Shown here piece by piece: positions 24,791 through 40,759 of a stretch of 64,000 nucleotides of DNA (positions are counted from its first letter, which is position 1; every line of letters begins with the position of its first letter). Both the position numbers and the translations under genes were made by a program. The stretch spans positions 363,816,001-363,880,000 of the forward strand of contig OZ024740.1 of assembly GCA_964016885.1 (NCBI GenBank). The letters are read 5' to 3'. The notes under the pieces were generated by a model. The model had not been told where the DNA came from, searched no databases, and was given only the letters and a program-made list of their open reading frames with translations. The stretch comes from Eledone cirrhosa. Lineage: Eukaryota.

Positions 24791-27700
24791 AGCAAGAATC
24801 ATTAAACTCAGACTAGTCCTGAATAAGACAATTACCACAATAATATCAGCTTACGCACCCTAATCGGGGCTGCCAGACGAACTTAAGGATAGGTTTACGA
24901 GTCCCTAATACACACTACTGCTCTAACAGACGACAAGGACTTCCTAATCATCGCAGGAGATTTTAACGGACACGTAGGTAAACACTGCGACGGCTTCAAT
25001 AGAGTACATGGAGGCTATGGAGTTGGCACAAGGAATGAGGAAGGATTCAGACTTCTAGAATTCTGCGACGCCAATGACATGTTGATATGTAACACAAACT
25101 TTAAAAAACCCGACAACCACCTGATCACCTATAGATCAGGGGAGCACTCTAGTCAGTTAGATTTTATCCTCATCAGAGGACATGACAGATGGACGGTCGT
25201 AAACACAAAAGCCTTCCCTAGTGAGGAATGTACATCCCAACATAGCTTAGTTGTCAGCGACCTCACGGTCAGAACTAGACGAGCCCTGAAACAGAGGCCA
25301 ACCTGGAGAAGAAAGATCTGGAAGCTGAAAGTCCCCTCAACCAGTAACAGATTTAAAGATATTTTACTCAACGCCTATGACAGTAAAGAAGAACAGATAG
25401 AGACATTTAATGTAGAAGAGAACTGGGAGTTCCTAAAAAATAATTTACTAGAGGCGACGGACGAGGTCTGTGGCTGGAGTAAGACCTCAAGCAGGAGGAG
25501 AGTGACTTGGTGGTGGAACAATAAGGTAGATGAAGCAGTCAGGGCCAAGAGACAGGCATGGAAAGAATGGAAGAACGGGGGGAGCAGGGTACATTACATA
25601 GAGACCAAGCGGGAAGCTAGGCGACAAGTATACTTAGCTAGGAGGGAAGCAGAGGCTAGAAAATTCAAGCATGTTTTACAACGTGAGGACCAGAAACAGG
25701 AGGTATTCAAGATTGTGAGGCAGTGTGTCAGAGATAGTTGTGATGTCATTGGAGAGAAGTGTATCCGGAATGATAAAGGTGAGCTTGCCCTCACAAGTGC
25801 TGAGAAGAAAGATGCATGGAAGAGTCATTATGATAGATTACTAAATGAGGAGAATGCATGGGAAGAAGAGACCCTGCCCCAAGTAGACCCTATAGAGGGA
25901 CCAGCAGTACAAGTCAGCGGCAGCATAGTAAGTAAGGCAATCAGAGATATGAAGATGGGGAAGGCAACCGGTCCATCGGGCATAGCTGCGGAGATGCTGA
26001 AGGCATCTGGGTCTGTAGGTCACACTATAACCACACGTATCATTAACCAGGTAATACTAGAAGGGGCCATACCAAAAGATTGGTGCAGTAGCATCATTGT
26101 CAACTGCTACAAAGGCAAAGGCGACGCACTAGATAGAGGAAACTATAGAGGTATAAAGTTGATGGACCAGGTCATGAAAGTAACAGAAAGAGTTATAGCA
26201 CAGCTGATTAGGGACCGGGTGAATATAGACGAGATGCAATTTGGGTTTGTACCAGGAAGAGGCACCACTGATGCCCTCTTCCTTGTGAGGCAATTACAGC
26301 AAAAGTACCTACTAAAAGTAAGCCACTCTACTTGGCATTTGTCGACCTTGAGAAAGCTTTGACAGAGTTCCACGTGCTGTAATCTGGTGGGCTCTTAGAA
26401 AACTAGGAGTAGATGAATGGCTTGTGAAAGCGGTACAAGCCATGTATAGGGGAGCAGTCAGCAAAGTTAGGATTAGCAATGAGTATAGCGAGGAATTTAG
26501 CGTACAGGTTGGGGTCCACCAGGGCTCTGTTCTTAGCCCTCTCCTGTTCATCATAATCCTGCAGGCAATAACGGAGGAATTTAAGACCGGATGCCCATGG
26601 GAACTCCTGTATGCTGATGACCTCGCACTCATAGCTGAGTCTATGATAGAACTAGAGAATAAATTCCAAACCTGGAAGCAGGGGCTAGAGAGAAATGGTC
26701 TCAAAGTCAACATGACAAAGACTAAGGTCCTTGTAAGTAGACGAGAAAACAGAACCCAGATCCCCTCAGGGAAATGGCCTTGCTCAGTATGTAGGAAAGG
26801 TGTAGGTAGGAACTCCATTCTCTGCCCAAATGCAAACAATGGGTACACAAGAGATGTAGCGGGATCTCAGGAAGCTTAATTAAGAATGTAGGATTCACAT
26901 GCAGCAGCTGTGCTGAAACAGCAAGCAGCAAACAGCCACAGGAAACAAGTACCCAGCCACAGGAAACAAGTACCCAGTCTCTGGGAGGGCCCTGTAGAAA
27001 CAGTAGACAGCTTCTGCTACCTAGGTGACCGAATTAGCAACGGAGGTGGGTGTTCAGAAAGTACAATAACTAGGGTAAGAACGGGATGGAAGAAATTTAG
27101 GGAACTACTACCACTGCTAGCTGCAAAAGGCTTCTCCCTCCGAATGAAAGGCAGACTGTATGATGCGTGTATCTGAACAGCGATGTTGCATGGTAGTGAG
27201 ACCTGGGCGCTGAAGGTGGAAGACTTACGTAGATTAGAGAGAAACGAAGCCTGCATGCTCCGATGGATGTGTAACAGTAATATACGTGAACGACAAAGCA
27301 TAAATGAATTGAGAGAGAGACTGAGCATAAGAGGAATCAAATGCTGTGTGCAGGAGAGGCGGTTGCGCTGGTATGGACATGTGATGCGTATGAAGGATGA
27401 CAGCTGCATAAAAAGGTGCAGAGCACTAGAAGTTGATGGAAACCGCGGAGTGGGGAGACCCAAGATGACCTGGGATGAGGTGATAAAAGCCGACCTTATC
27501 CATTTACACCTCTCAAAGACAATGACACACGACCGTGACTTCTGGCGTCACACAGTAATACAGAGTACCCGACCTCCCATGGGTACATGCTGAAGCATAT
27601 AAACAATATGCCCCCACACCCCCCACCGCAAGGTGGTCGTGGAGGTGCCACGGCAAAAAAGCACCCAGCCCACACTGTAAAGTGGACGTGTAGGCGCCAC

Positions 27701-27897
27701 GAAAAAGCACCCAGCACTCACTGTAAATGAGGTTGGTGTTAGGAAGGGCATCCAGCTGTAGAAATCAAGCCAGATCAGTTCCTGTATGAGCAAGGCATGG
27801 TCAGCCAACCAGACACTGCACACAACAGGACAACCCGTCTAACCCATGCTAGCGTGGAAGAACGGACGTAAAACGGTGATGATGATGATGATGATGA
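24791..27897 (+). mobile_element. RTE-clade LINE, 5'-truncated, with Cys-rich finger and extended 3' UTR
   Basis: APE end (ISAYAP, AGDFNGHVG, SQLDFIL), RT (NYRGIKL, GVHQGSVLSP, LYADDL), WPCSVCRKGVGRNSILC, RLRWYGHV, and a (GAT)n tail. Inserted in (TA)n. Confidence 0.92.
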
Positions 27898-28333
27898 TAT
27901 ATATATATAATTACGTATTCTTATATATACAAACATTTTGAATATATTATTTACATTTAAATCATTATATACACCTCCAGGTAGACTGACACATGGACTG
28001 ACAGACACGATTCGACTTTTATATATATATATCATTTGATGTCTGTTTTCCCAGGTTGCAAGTGTTGGATGGATTGCTACAGACCAAATCAGTACTTAAT
28101 TGGTGCCACTGATATTTGAGATGGGCTGGGGCTAAATCTCACTTATATGCATTCTCATACACTATAGAGTGTGTTGTGATTTTATTGTGGTACCAGCTCT
28201 AGAGAAGTCAACAACTGAGAACTTAATTGTGTACTTAGCAAACTTTTTAAAGATGCATAGTATTTCTTTTAAATAAGTATTAAATGTACATGTGCTATTT
28301 AGTTTCCCTATAACTGCTTTTTATTTGTTGTAG

Positions 28334-28468
28334 TTCCTGGCTTTAATTGCACCTTTGATAAAGATATATGTGGCTGGAAAAATAATCCAAGGGGCAGGAT
28401 TTCTTGGAAACGAATCAAAGGATCAACTAGTAATCCAAATACTGGCCCCTCATCTGATCACACAGGAG
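28334..28468 (+). CDS. Multi-MAM protein exon 6 (start of MAM-C)
   Basis: ttgtag|TT acceptor, G|gttagt donor. FNCTFDKDICGW...W...TGPSSDHTG. Phase 1/1. Confidence 0.92.
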
Positions 28469-28689
28469 GTTAGTACTAATGCAACACTTGTCATAGATTA
28501 CAATATATATTATATAACCATATGTTACAATGTATATCATATATGTTAAAATATATACCATAAATATAACTATATTTGTCAAGGAACTATGCATAGCATT
28601 GCATGTTATTACAGACCATTGATAACAAGTACTTTCCTTTCTCAACCAGTGGTTAGCTTTGTGGAGGCATGAAAAGCTTATCCACTTTG

Positions 28690-29150
28690 CCCTCTTGTCT
28701 TCATCATTCCTCATTTTCTCCTCTTTCATCTTCAGCCATGTTTTTCTTGATCTTTCCATTTCCTCTATTTCCCTTCCACATTCATTCCCATCAGCCCACT
28801 CACCCAGTCATCTTCATCATTACTCAACACATAACTCAGTCATCTCCTTCTATTTCTCTTCACAATATTTGTCACTAACTCTATTCCTTTCACCCCTTCA
28901 TCATTCCTCAATGCATGACCCAACTGTCTCATTCCATTTCTTTTCACAACATTCATCACCTTATTCCACTCACCCAATCACATTTATCCTTTCTTAACAC
29001 ACGATTCAACTATCTCATTCCATTTCTCTTTATATTATTCATGAATGGTTCTAATCATTTTACCCAGTCACTTTCATCCTTCTGCAACATATAACCAAAC
29101 TATCTCATTCTAGTTCTTTTCCCAACATTCATTACTGACTTTATTTCCAT
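28690..29150 (-). repeat. RTE 3'-ORF-derived tandem repeat, about 90-bp unit x4
   Basis: Reverse complement of the units at 52140-52415, which encode the RWLGHVLRKD segment. Confidence 0.6.
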
Positions 29151-29686
29151 CATGTTTGGTTTTATTTCCACCTTGTTGCTTTAAGTGTTCAGTTCACTTA
29201 GTAATTGTTCTAGTTCATGAGTATCACTTGAGAAGAGGTCTCTGTCATCAGCAAAACATAAATGACTTTAAAATTCCCCATTGATATTTCTTCTTATTTC
29301 AACTTCAGTAACCAAAACTCAACCAAAACTCAACCAAAACCAGCTCTGGTTCTATAAAACATAGGCACTCATTTTAAAATGATACTATTTCAATTAAAAT
29401 CTTCCAACATAATTGTATATGAGAACCATACGTTAATAATTTTACTAAATGGCTCAAATTTATTCATTAATTATTTGAAGTAGTGTATTTCTTCCAGTAT
29501 AACATTGAAATGCTTGTGTGATTGTTATATTCTCTTGTTTTAATCCATAATGATGCTTTCTCTTTTAATGTGAAATCAAATAGATGATGTTCCCAAGCTG
29601 TAGATTTTCTCAATAATTAGTATATAAGTTCGATGTCTCCTCTAGTAACTCATACTAATGCTCATTATATATATTTCTTCTTTTAG

Positions 29687-29949
29687 GTGGATACTATTTA
29701 TACATCAGTTCGTCATTTTTTGGCGGTCTTTTAAAGTTGTATGCCGATTTGAGGAGTCCAACTTTTTCCACAAATCAAGAAACTTGTATTAGCTTTTATT
29801 ATCATATGTTTGGAGTACATATTAATTCCCTGCAAATATTCATGATACCAGTTACGGGACCAAAAAGAAAATTTTGGGGGAAGAAGGGTCCTCAAGATAA
29901 TAAGTGGTTACATGGCACAGCAAAACTACCACTTGTTAAGTTATCTTAC
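29687..29949 (+). CDS. Multi-MAM protein exon 7 (middle of MAM-C)
   Basis: ttttag|GT acceptor, TAC|gtaagt donor. GGYYLYI...LRSP...CISFYYHMFGVHINSLQI...W...GPQDNKW. Phase 1/0. Confidence 0.93.
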
Positions 29950-30578
29950 GTAAGTACAAATTTATGTTTCTTGAATGTATTACCACAACAACTTAAGTAG
30001 CAAATTGGCAAAGTTATTAGAATGCTGAATCGAATGCTTTATGATATTTGTTCTATCCTTCTGCATTCTGGGTTCAAATTCCACCCAAGTCAAATTTGCC
30101 TTTCAGCCTTTCAACATTGATAAATAGAGTACCAGTTCATTAATAAAGTTAGTTCTCTCTCTCTCTCTCATAAATTGGCCGTGTTCAGCCTTGGAAAGGG
30201 ATGGGCTCCACGAGGATTTCAGGGACCATGCATGCTTTACCACAACTGCTTCAGCAACAATAACTATTTGCCACAAATAGTAGACAAGTTTTATACACAG
30301 AGGGCATATAGAATACAAGATACAAAATAGGTTGCTAAAATATTACAACCATAAAAATCATGCATACACACATATATACACATCACTTTATAACTGCTGC
30401 CCACATACACATGAATAACTGTCTATCCATCTATCTGTTATCATCATCATCATGACTATTTTACATCAACTTTCCATACTAGCATGGGTTGTCACAGTGA
30501 CCTTATCTTTGACATGGTTTTTGCAGCTGGAATCCCTTCGTAATGCCAACCATCTTACAGAGTTATATCTATCTATCT

Positions 30579-31449
30579 CCACTTCGACATTCTATAGAGG
30601 GTTGGTCCGCAGCAAGTGCGATGACGTGCTCGGAGAAACTCTAGGCGTAGAGGAGGATGAACTGGCCAGTCTGTTCGGTAGGACCTTCCGCCCGGGACCA
30701 ATGGACAACTTCCAAAAGTCCCTGGCCTGGCAGTGCTACCGAGGAGCTCTACCAGTTCGAGACAAGCTCTATAGACACGGGCGCCCAGGCAGGGATCCTT
30801 CGAAAAAGATCTGTCCGAGATGCGTGCGCGACGAGGAAACCGTCGCGCACACATTTGTACACTGCCCGGGCGTTACCAACCTGTGGGGCTATGTAGAATG
30901 ACTATTATTGCGGGTGAGACCAATCCAGTTGACCACCGAGTTCATTGTCATGATCAAACCGCCACCCTCCTTCGAGGGAGAGGCAGTTTTCCTATGTGTT
31001 ATGGCTATGGTGAAAGAGGTTATATGGTGGACGAGGTTAGAAGGGCTGAGGTCAGACACCTTTCTCTCCGGTGAGCAACTGATTCGTTTTTTCAAATATC
31101 ATTTTGGAAGAAGAATCAGGATGGAGAGAGGTGCTGTACCTCAGCAAATTTTATAAAAGGTGGGTGAATGTAGCAAAGATGGCTCGAGTGGTTGGGCCTC
31201 TCTCTATATAAGCCTGTAGGTTGAGGAAAAAGAGGAAGAGAGGAAGGGAGTACTCACTCTTGGTGCTCCTGGAGATGAGGGTTGTACATTTTTTCGGGGT
31301 GTGTACAACCCCTGTGTAACGCCTCCCCCCTATTGTGGATTTCAATTGTTATTTGTTATTTTATTAATAGTTTTATTTTCATATACCTGTATGTAAACTC
31401 CCCATTTGTATTTGTCCCCTTCTTTTGTTCCCTTGTGGCTAATAAAGAA

Positions 31450-31452
<3 letters not shown>
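30579..31452 (+). mobile_element. Tx1-type LINE 3' fragment inserted in (ATCT)n
   Basis: FQKSLAWQCYRGALPVRDKL..CPRC..ETVAH. Ends cccttgtggctaataaagaaatc, with TATC repeats on both sides. Confidence 0.9.
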
Positions 31453-31487
<35 letters not shown>

Positions 31488-31767
31488 TCCTCTGTTTATC
31501 TATCACAGAATTTATCAAAGATGCACTTGCACGATTGCCTCACAAGTCGATTTATCTGAGTTAAGCCCATCAATACTCAATGATACATGAAATGAATTCA
31601 TTGTTTCAGAGTGGCAACTAATTATTCAGTTTAGAAAGGACTGTATATAAATAGCATAGACAATTAGTGAACTATATACAGAAGACAACAACAACAAATA
31701 GCCATAGTGGTTTCTAATATACCAAGTATACATGTGATTTGCTCTATCTAACCCATTATAGGATATA

Positions 31768-35243
<3,476 letters not shown>

Positions 35244-35268
35244 TAATAATAATAATAATAATAATAAT

Positions 35269-35380
35269 TGTTTCTACGTTAGGCACAAGGCCAGCAATTA
35301 CCCAGTGCATTACTGGTACTTTTTTTTATCGACCCCGTAAGGATGAAAGGCAAAGTTAACCTCAGCGGGATTTGAACTCA
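35269..35380 (-). mobile_element. Meta-like SINE, 5'-truncated, in the Dong tail
   Basis: Same family as 7968-8154, with AAT flanks. Confidence 0.85.
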
Positions 35381-35391
35381 ATAATAATAAT

Positions 35392-35819
35392 AAAGAGGGT
35401 ATGCCTGCTAATTGATATGTCCGTTCCAATAGACAAGAATGTATCTATAAAAACATTTGAAAAATTGAGCAAGTATAAGGACCTGGAGATAGAAATTGGA
35501 AAAATGTGGAAATTGAGAACTAAAACAATACCAGTGGTTGTAGGCGCTCTGGGAATGATACCTAAGGGGTCTAATGATTACTTATCGCAAATCCCAGGAA
35601 ACCTGCGTATAGGAGAAATACAAAAGATAGTACTAATGGGAACTGCCCATATACTAAGGAAGATTCTGTCAATATAAGTACATCACAAGTCTAAACACCT
35701 AAAGATGTATGTGTGTGTATGTATGTTCTTCCTTGAACATGGCGGACCTTGTTGTCTCTGAGGTCACTGGTTGTGACTTGGTGATAACTCGTATGAACAT
35801 AAAGCAAGATAAATGCAGC

Positions 35820-35821
<2 letters not shown>
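35392..35821 (+). mobile_element. Second Dong 3' end, near-identical to 34812-35243
   Basis: Direct sequence match; (TAA)n on both sides. Confidence 0.92.
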
Positions 35822-35860
<39 letters not shown>

Positions 35861-35909
35861 GAAGAAGAAGAAGAAGAAGAAGATGATGATGATGATGATG
35901 ATGATGATG

Positions 35910-36163
35910 GATGTACTTGTTAACACTGTCCATATTTTCAGCAATGATATATGTATGGAATTTGGTGTTAATAGGTGTGGAGTCCTTGTGATAAAGAGGA
36001 GTAAATTGAACAGAAGCAATGAAATCCAGGTACCAACAGGTGAGATGATAAAGGAAATTGACACTGAAGAGGGATACAAATATTTGGGTATTCTGGAGGC
36101 AGATGACATCAAGAACAATAAAATGAAGGAATTGATAAGATCTGAATACATAAGGAGAGTAAG
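35910..36163 (+). mobile_element. Dong-type RT fragment
   Basis: FSNDICMEFG..C...YKYLGILE...EYIRRVR. Confidence 0.8.
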
Positions 36164-37387
36164 ACTTCCGAGGGCCATCGTGGAGAAAGCCCATTAAAAA
36201 AAAGCCATGGTGACTCTGGCCACCCGGGCAATTGTCCTCTCCCAGTTTTCCACCTTCAATTTACAGGCATATACTCAGAGTAGGTCCACTCACTCAGGCC
36301 ATTCTTGCCTCTCTCACCAATCTTTCAACAAAATGCTGGGAAGAGAGCACTTCCCTCTCTACCCTGATTTTCCTTTTCAAATGAAATTGGAAAAAGTTAA
36401 TCAGGGCATCACCGAAGAGGTAAGTGGTCGTCTTCAGTCCTTTCAAACGCGTCCACCCTACTATCTCTTTCGCCATGGCCACCAGACAGATAAAAACTGC
36501 CTGCCCTTCCTGGCTAAAGAAAGAGGGTGGGGAAATCCTCACGATGGACTCAACTGATAGTCGGATCCGTTCTACACACGACAGCAGGTGTTCGACATAA
36601 ACCCACAAGTCAGCAATGCTCGGACACTGGATGAGTGCATGCAGGACGGTTTTGTTGCCCTGCGCACACCTCGGACATGCCTGGCTGACAACACCTCCAT
36701 GCCTGTAGAGTTTATCCCAAACTGGCAAAGCTCCTCGGTAGAACTGCCAGGCCAGGGATTTCTGGAAGTTGTCCATAGGCCCCAGCCCGAAAGTTCTTCC
36801 AAAGAGATTGGCTAGTTGATTTTCGTCGACGCCTAGAGTTTCCCCAAGTACGTCGTCGCTCTTCCCCTCCACTAATCCCCTATAGAACGCCAAGGTGGAG
36901 TTTCCACTGATCACATTGCCCAATTGGTCGAGGGCTGTGAACGCCTGAAGACATTCCAGTCTCCAGGCGCTCTCTCTCGGTCTTCGCTTGACCCAGGACT
37001 GCAGCTCCGTCAAGGAGATGAGATGGGGAAAGACACGTCTAGGAAACGGCGACCACACTTGATCACCGTCGAGGAAGAGGTGGAGATGTCGTAGCCTGAG
37101 CGCGTGTCTGCGCATCATTAGCCAGGGCATGCCCAGCCCTCCACGTAGCGGGTGTTGACAGCAGATGGACCGCCTGACCATTGGAGCGCGTCCCTTCTAC
37201 AAAAAGCGAAAGAGCAAACGGTCCAGCGCAGTCAGGCGAGGCTTAGGACAAGGCACGATGGTCAGGCAGTAGTAGATGACGGAGGCGCAGTTTGCGTTAG
37301 CCACCTCCGCTTGACCTTTCAGGGATAGCTTCTTCTCTGCCCATTTCTGGGTGAGAGAATCCACACTGTTCGTCACCTCATCCCAGT
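36164..37387 (-). mobile_element. Tx1-type LINE fragment lacking its 3' tail
   Basis: 295-aa ORF2 C-terminus, homologous to 8340-9520. Confidence 0.9.
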
Positions 37388-38150
37388 TAGAGGAGACCTT
37401 AAAAAGGCTACAGAAGGAATGCTAATGGTTGCGCAAGAACAGGCCCTCAGAACGAAGTGGGTGAAACACCATATTTACAAGGAAGAGGCTAGCCCACTGT
37501 GTAGGATTTGTGGAGAGAGAGAGGCGACTGTGGCTCACATTGTATCCGAGTGTAAACACCTAGCCCAGACTCACTATAAAGGCTGGAGATATGATGTGAT
37601 GGGCAGGGTGATCCACTGGCATATATGCAAAGTAAAATATTTACCACATTATGAGAAGTGGTATGAGCATAAGCTAGAGTCGGTGATAGAAAATGATCAG
37701 GTGAAGGTGCTATGGGATTTTAGGATACAGACGGACAAGAAACTGGAACACAATAGACCTGACCTGGTGGTTTTGGACAAGGAAAAAAGATTGTGCCTGA
37801 TTATAGATGTAGCCTACCCATTTAACATGAGAGTGCAAGAAAAGGAGAGGGAGAAAATTAACCGATACCAGGACTTAAAGTGGGAGGTAAAAAGGATTTG
37901 GAACTACCATGAAGTCAGAGTCGTCCCGATTGTCATAGGCGCACTAGGTACTATCTCAAAGAGATTCCAAGGATGGTTAAAGAAAATTAGTCCAGCCCCA
38001 CTTTTTGGAACACTTCAAAAGGCATGCTTGTTTGGAACAGCAAGAACCCTCCGATACGCCCTGAATATCTGAGGCTGCAGGTAGCGGCTTGATATTCATT
38101 TCAACAAACTTTCCAGTTAAATAACATCAATGACTGAGACTCAAAGAACA
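37388..38150 (+). mobile_element. Dong-type 3' part (family 2; CCHC finger plus endonuclease)
   Basis: AQEQAL, CRICGE..TVAHIVSEC, RPDLVVLD, then the 3' UTR and an AAT tail. Confidence 0.9.
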
Positions 38151-38161
38151 ACAATAATAAT

Positions 38162-38783
38162 GATTTCTTTATTGGCCACAAGGGCTGACATCAAGAAAAA
38201 CATTACAGACGGCACAGGACGGTACAGGACGGTACGATGTGGGTTTTGTTCATGTAAAGATTTTTATTATTTATATAAGAAAAGAAAAAGAAAAAGACAT
38301 AGAAACATATATATATATATATAAACAATAAAATGAAAATTGAAACAATGAAAAATTCTCCAATAGGGGGGAAACCTCCAAGGGTTACTCGTGGCGAAAA
38401 CCACACAAAAGACCACGGCCACCCTGACCACCAGGGCAAGCGCCCTCTCTCAATCTTTCCATTTCTCAAACTATAGGCGTATATTCAGAACGGTCCTGTT
38501 CACTCGGACCATTCTCGCTATATTCACCCACCTTTCAACAAACTTGCTAGAAGGCAGTACTTGCCTCTCCACCCTGATTTTCCTCTTCAAGTGAAACTTG
38601 AAAAAGTTAATTAGGGATTCACCGAAGAGGAAAATGTTTGTCTTTAACCCTTTCAACCTTGTCCACCACACAATCTCTTTTGCCATGGCCACCAAGCAGT
38701 TGAAAATTGCCTGCCCTTCCTCCTCGAAGGAAGACGGCGAGACCATCTGCACAATGGACTCAGTCGATAACCGGATCAGTCCT
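38162..38783 (-). mobile_element. Tx1-type LINE 3' fragment
   Basis: Complete 3' UTR ending ccttgtggccaataaagaaatc, with AAT flanks. Confidence 0.88.
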
Positions 38784-38795
38784 AAATAATAATAA

Positions 38796-38970
38796 TGTTT
38801 CTACTTTTGGCACAAGGCCAGCAATTATTCCAGTGCATTACTGGTACTTTATTTTATCAACTTCATAAGGATGAAAAACCAAGTTAACCTCAGCGGGATT
38901 TGAACTCAGAACGTTAAGAGCTATAACTCTATGCTGCAAAGCATAGTGTCTGATTCTCTACCAATACTGC
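38796..38970 (-). mobile_element. Meta-like SINE
   Basis: Same family as 7968-8154. Further copies at 44954-45099 (TSD TCATAAT), 50021-50200, 52800-52969 and 62700-62840. Confidence 0.82.
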
Positions 38971-39039
38971 CATGAAATTTTAAAAACATATCAACTCATC
39001 ACTTGCTTTTCCACATCATACAAAATTCTCACCTCAATT

Positions 39040-40660
39040 TTGATAGAAACATTTATGGACGAAAATTATCCCTATTGAGTAGAAAGGTTGTCGCCATGGG
39101 TCTTACAGCTGTAAAGACCAACTTTCAATTAAGATTTTAGAAAACTGCCATAACAAGCAGAGAATTTTGAGTAGTACTTGGATTGAATATTAAAAAAATC
39201 ATTTGATGTTCCGCACTAATGGATTTTGAAAACTTTGGATGTTCTGAAAACTTCCCCAGTAATATCAAACTTCCTGAAATACATGTCTCTATGGAATATA
39301 AATCTATCACTGTCACTCACTGATGGAACTATAAATTACAGCAGCACAAGCATTAACTGTGGTATTTTCAAGGTGATCTGTTTTCTCTTTTTATATTTTG
39401 TCTTGTTCTCATACCTTTGACTTTAGAACTCAACAAAACAAAATATGGCTATAAAAATAGATGGCAAAGCCATAAATCATCTGTTCATATGGATGACGTG
39501 AAACTGTATGCCAAGACTGACAGTGAATTGGAAGGACTGTTGAAGGCAGTTAAGGTGTTCAGCAATGATGTAGGGATGGATTTTCAACTGGAAAAATGTA
39601 CAAAAGCAACATTCAATAAAAGTAGAATGACAATCACAAATAAATTCTATGGAAATAGAAGTAAATACAATAATTAAGGAACTGGAGCAGGAACAAACTT
39701 TAAAATATTTAGAGGTTAATAAAGGCCATGGTATTCATCACATCAACAGGAAAAAAAAACTAGAAAACTAGAAAGGAATGTTGCGAGGGAGTGCATGCTA
39801 TCTTGAAAACTGAGCTCAGGTCAAAGAATAATATATCTGCTATAAATGCTCTTGCAATCCTAGTTGTCACCTGTAGTTTCAACATCATAAATTGGAACAT
39901 TAATGAAATTTTTAAAATAGACACCAAAACCAGGAAGCCCCTGACCTATGATGAACTACAAAAGTAGATGTGGATTGTCTCTATCTCCCTCAATGAACTG
40001 GGGGTAGAAGTAGAAGGATGAACCAGCTTGAGCTGTTATACAAAATATCAACCATCGAATTCAGACAATACCTTAAAAGTACAGATGCCTGAATGCTGAA
40101 AATGGTTGCAGAACATGAAATGAAAAACAATCTACATACTATCATGAAGAAAAGTAGGAAGTTTGCTGAAGAATTAGGAATAAATAAAAAATTAAAAATG
40201 ATGGTGATTCTGTAATTAAGGCTGTAAAGAATATAAAAATGCTGGAAAAGAATGAAGATGAACAGAAACTGTGTGCAAAATTGTGAGCAAAAACTTCTTT
40301 ATGGGCAGTATGCTTTCCATAGCAAAGAGCCTGATGTAAATTTTCACACATCAATGGCTGTGGAGATCTGGGCTAAAGGGAGGGATTAATTTTGGCTGCA
40401 CAAGGCTAGTGTTTTTCAACCCACAAGTTTCAGGTTGTAAAGTATTAGCTTCGCAGGGGTATAAAACTAGACAAGGTAGAGTAGAATAATATTTACACTG
40501 GGTAATATGCAAAGGAAAAATGGTACAAGCATCACCCAGATGCAGTAACAGAAGACAAGAATGTGATGATCCTAAGGGATTTCTTTTTGAACATTGATAG
40601 AATATCAAGGCCAATAGACCTAATATAATTGTGAAGAAATGTAAAACAAAACATGCATTC
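39040..40660 (+). mobile_element. Old, degenerate Dong-type element
   Basis: KGCRHGSYSCKDQL, HMDDVKLYAK, FSNDVGMDF and RPNII motifs among many stops. Confidence 0.75.
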
Positions 40661-40759
40661 ATATGCCAATTGATTGTTTAATGGATGTTATGCCAAATTT
40701 TGCCTCGGCAAGATATGAGACTAAAGCAGAATTCAAAGGATATTTCTCATATTAATAAT

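Noticed and set aside
25079-27593. Active RTE or a PHD-finger host gene
   Set aside because: It is 5'-truncated with frameshifts and stops; the Cys-rich finger is part of the LINE ORF.
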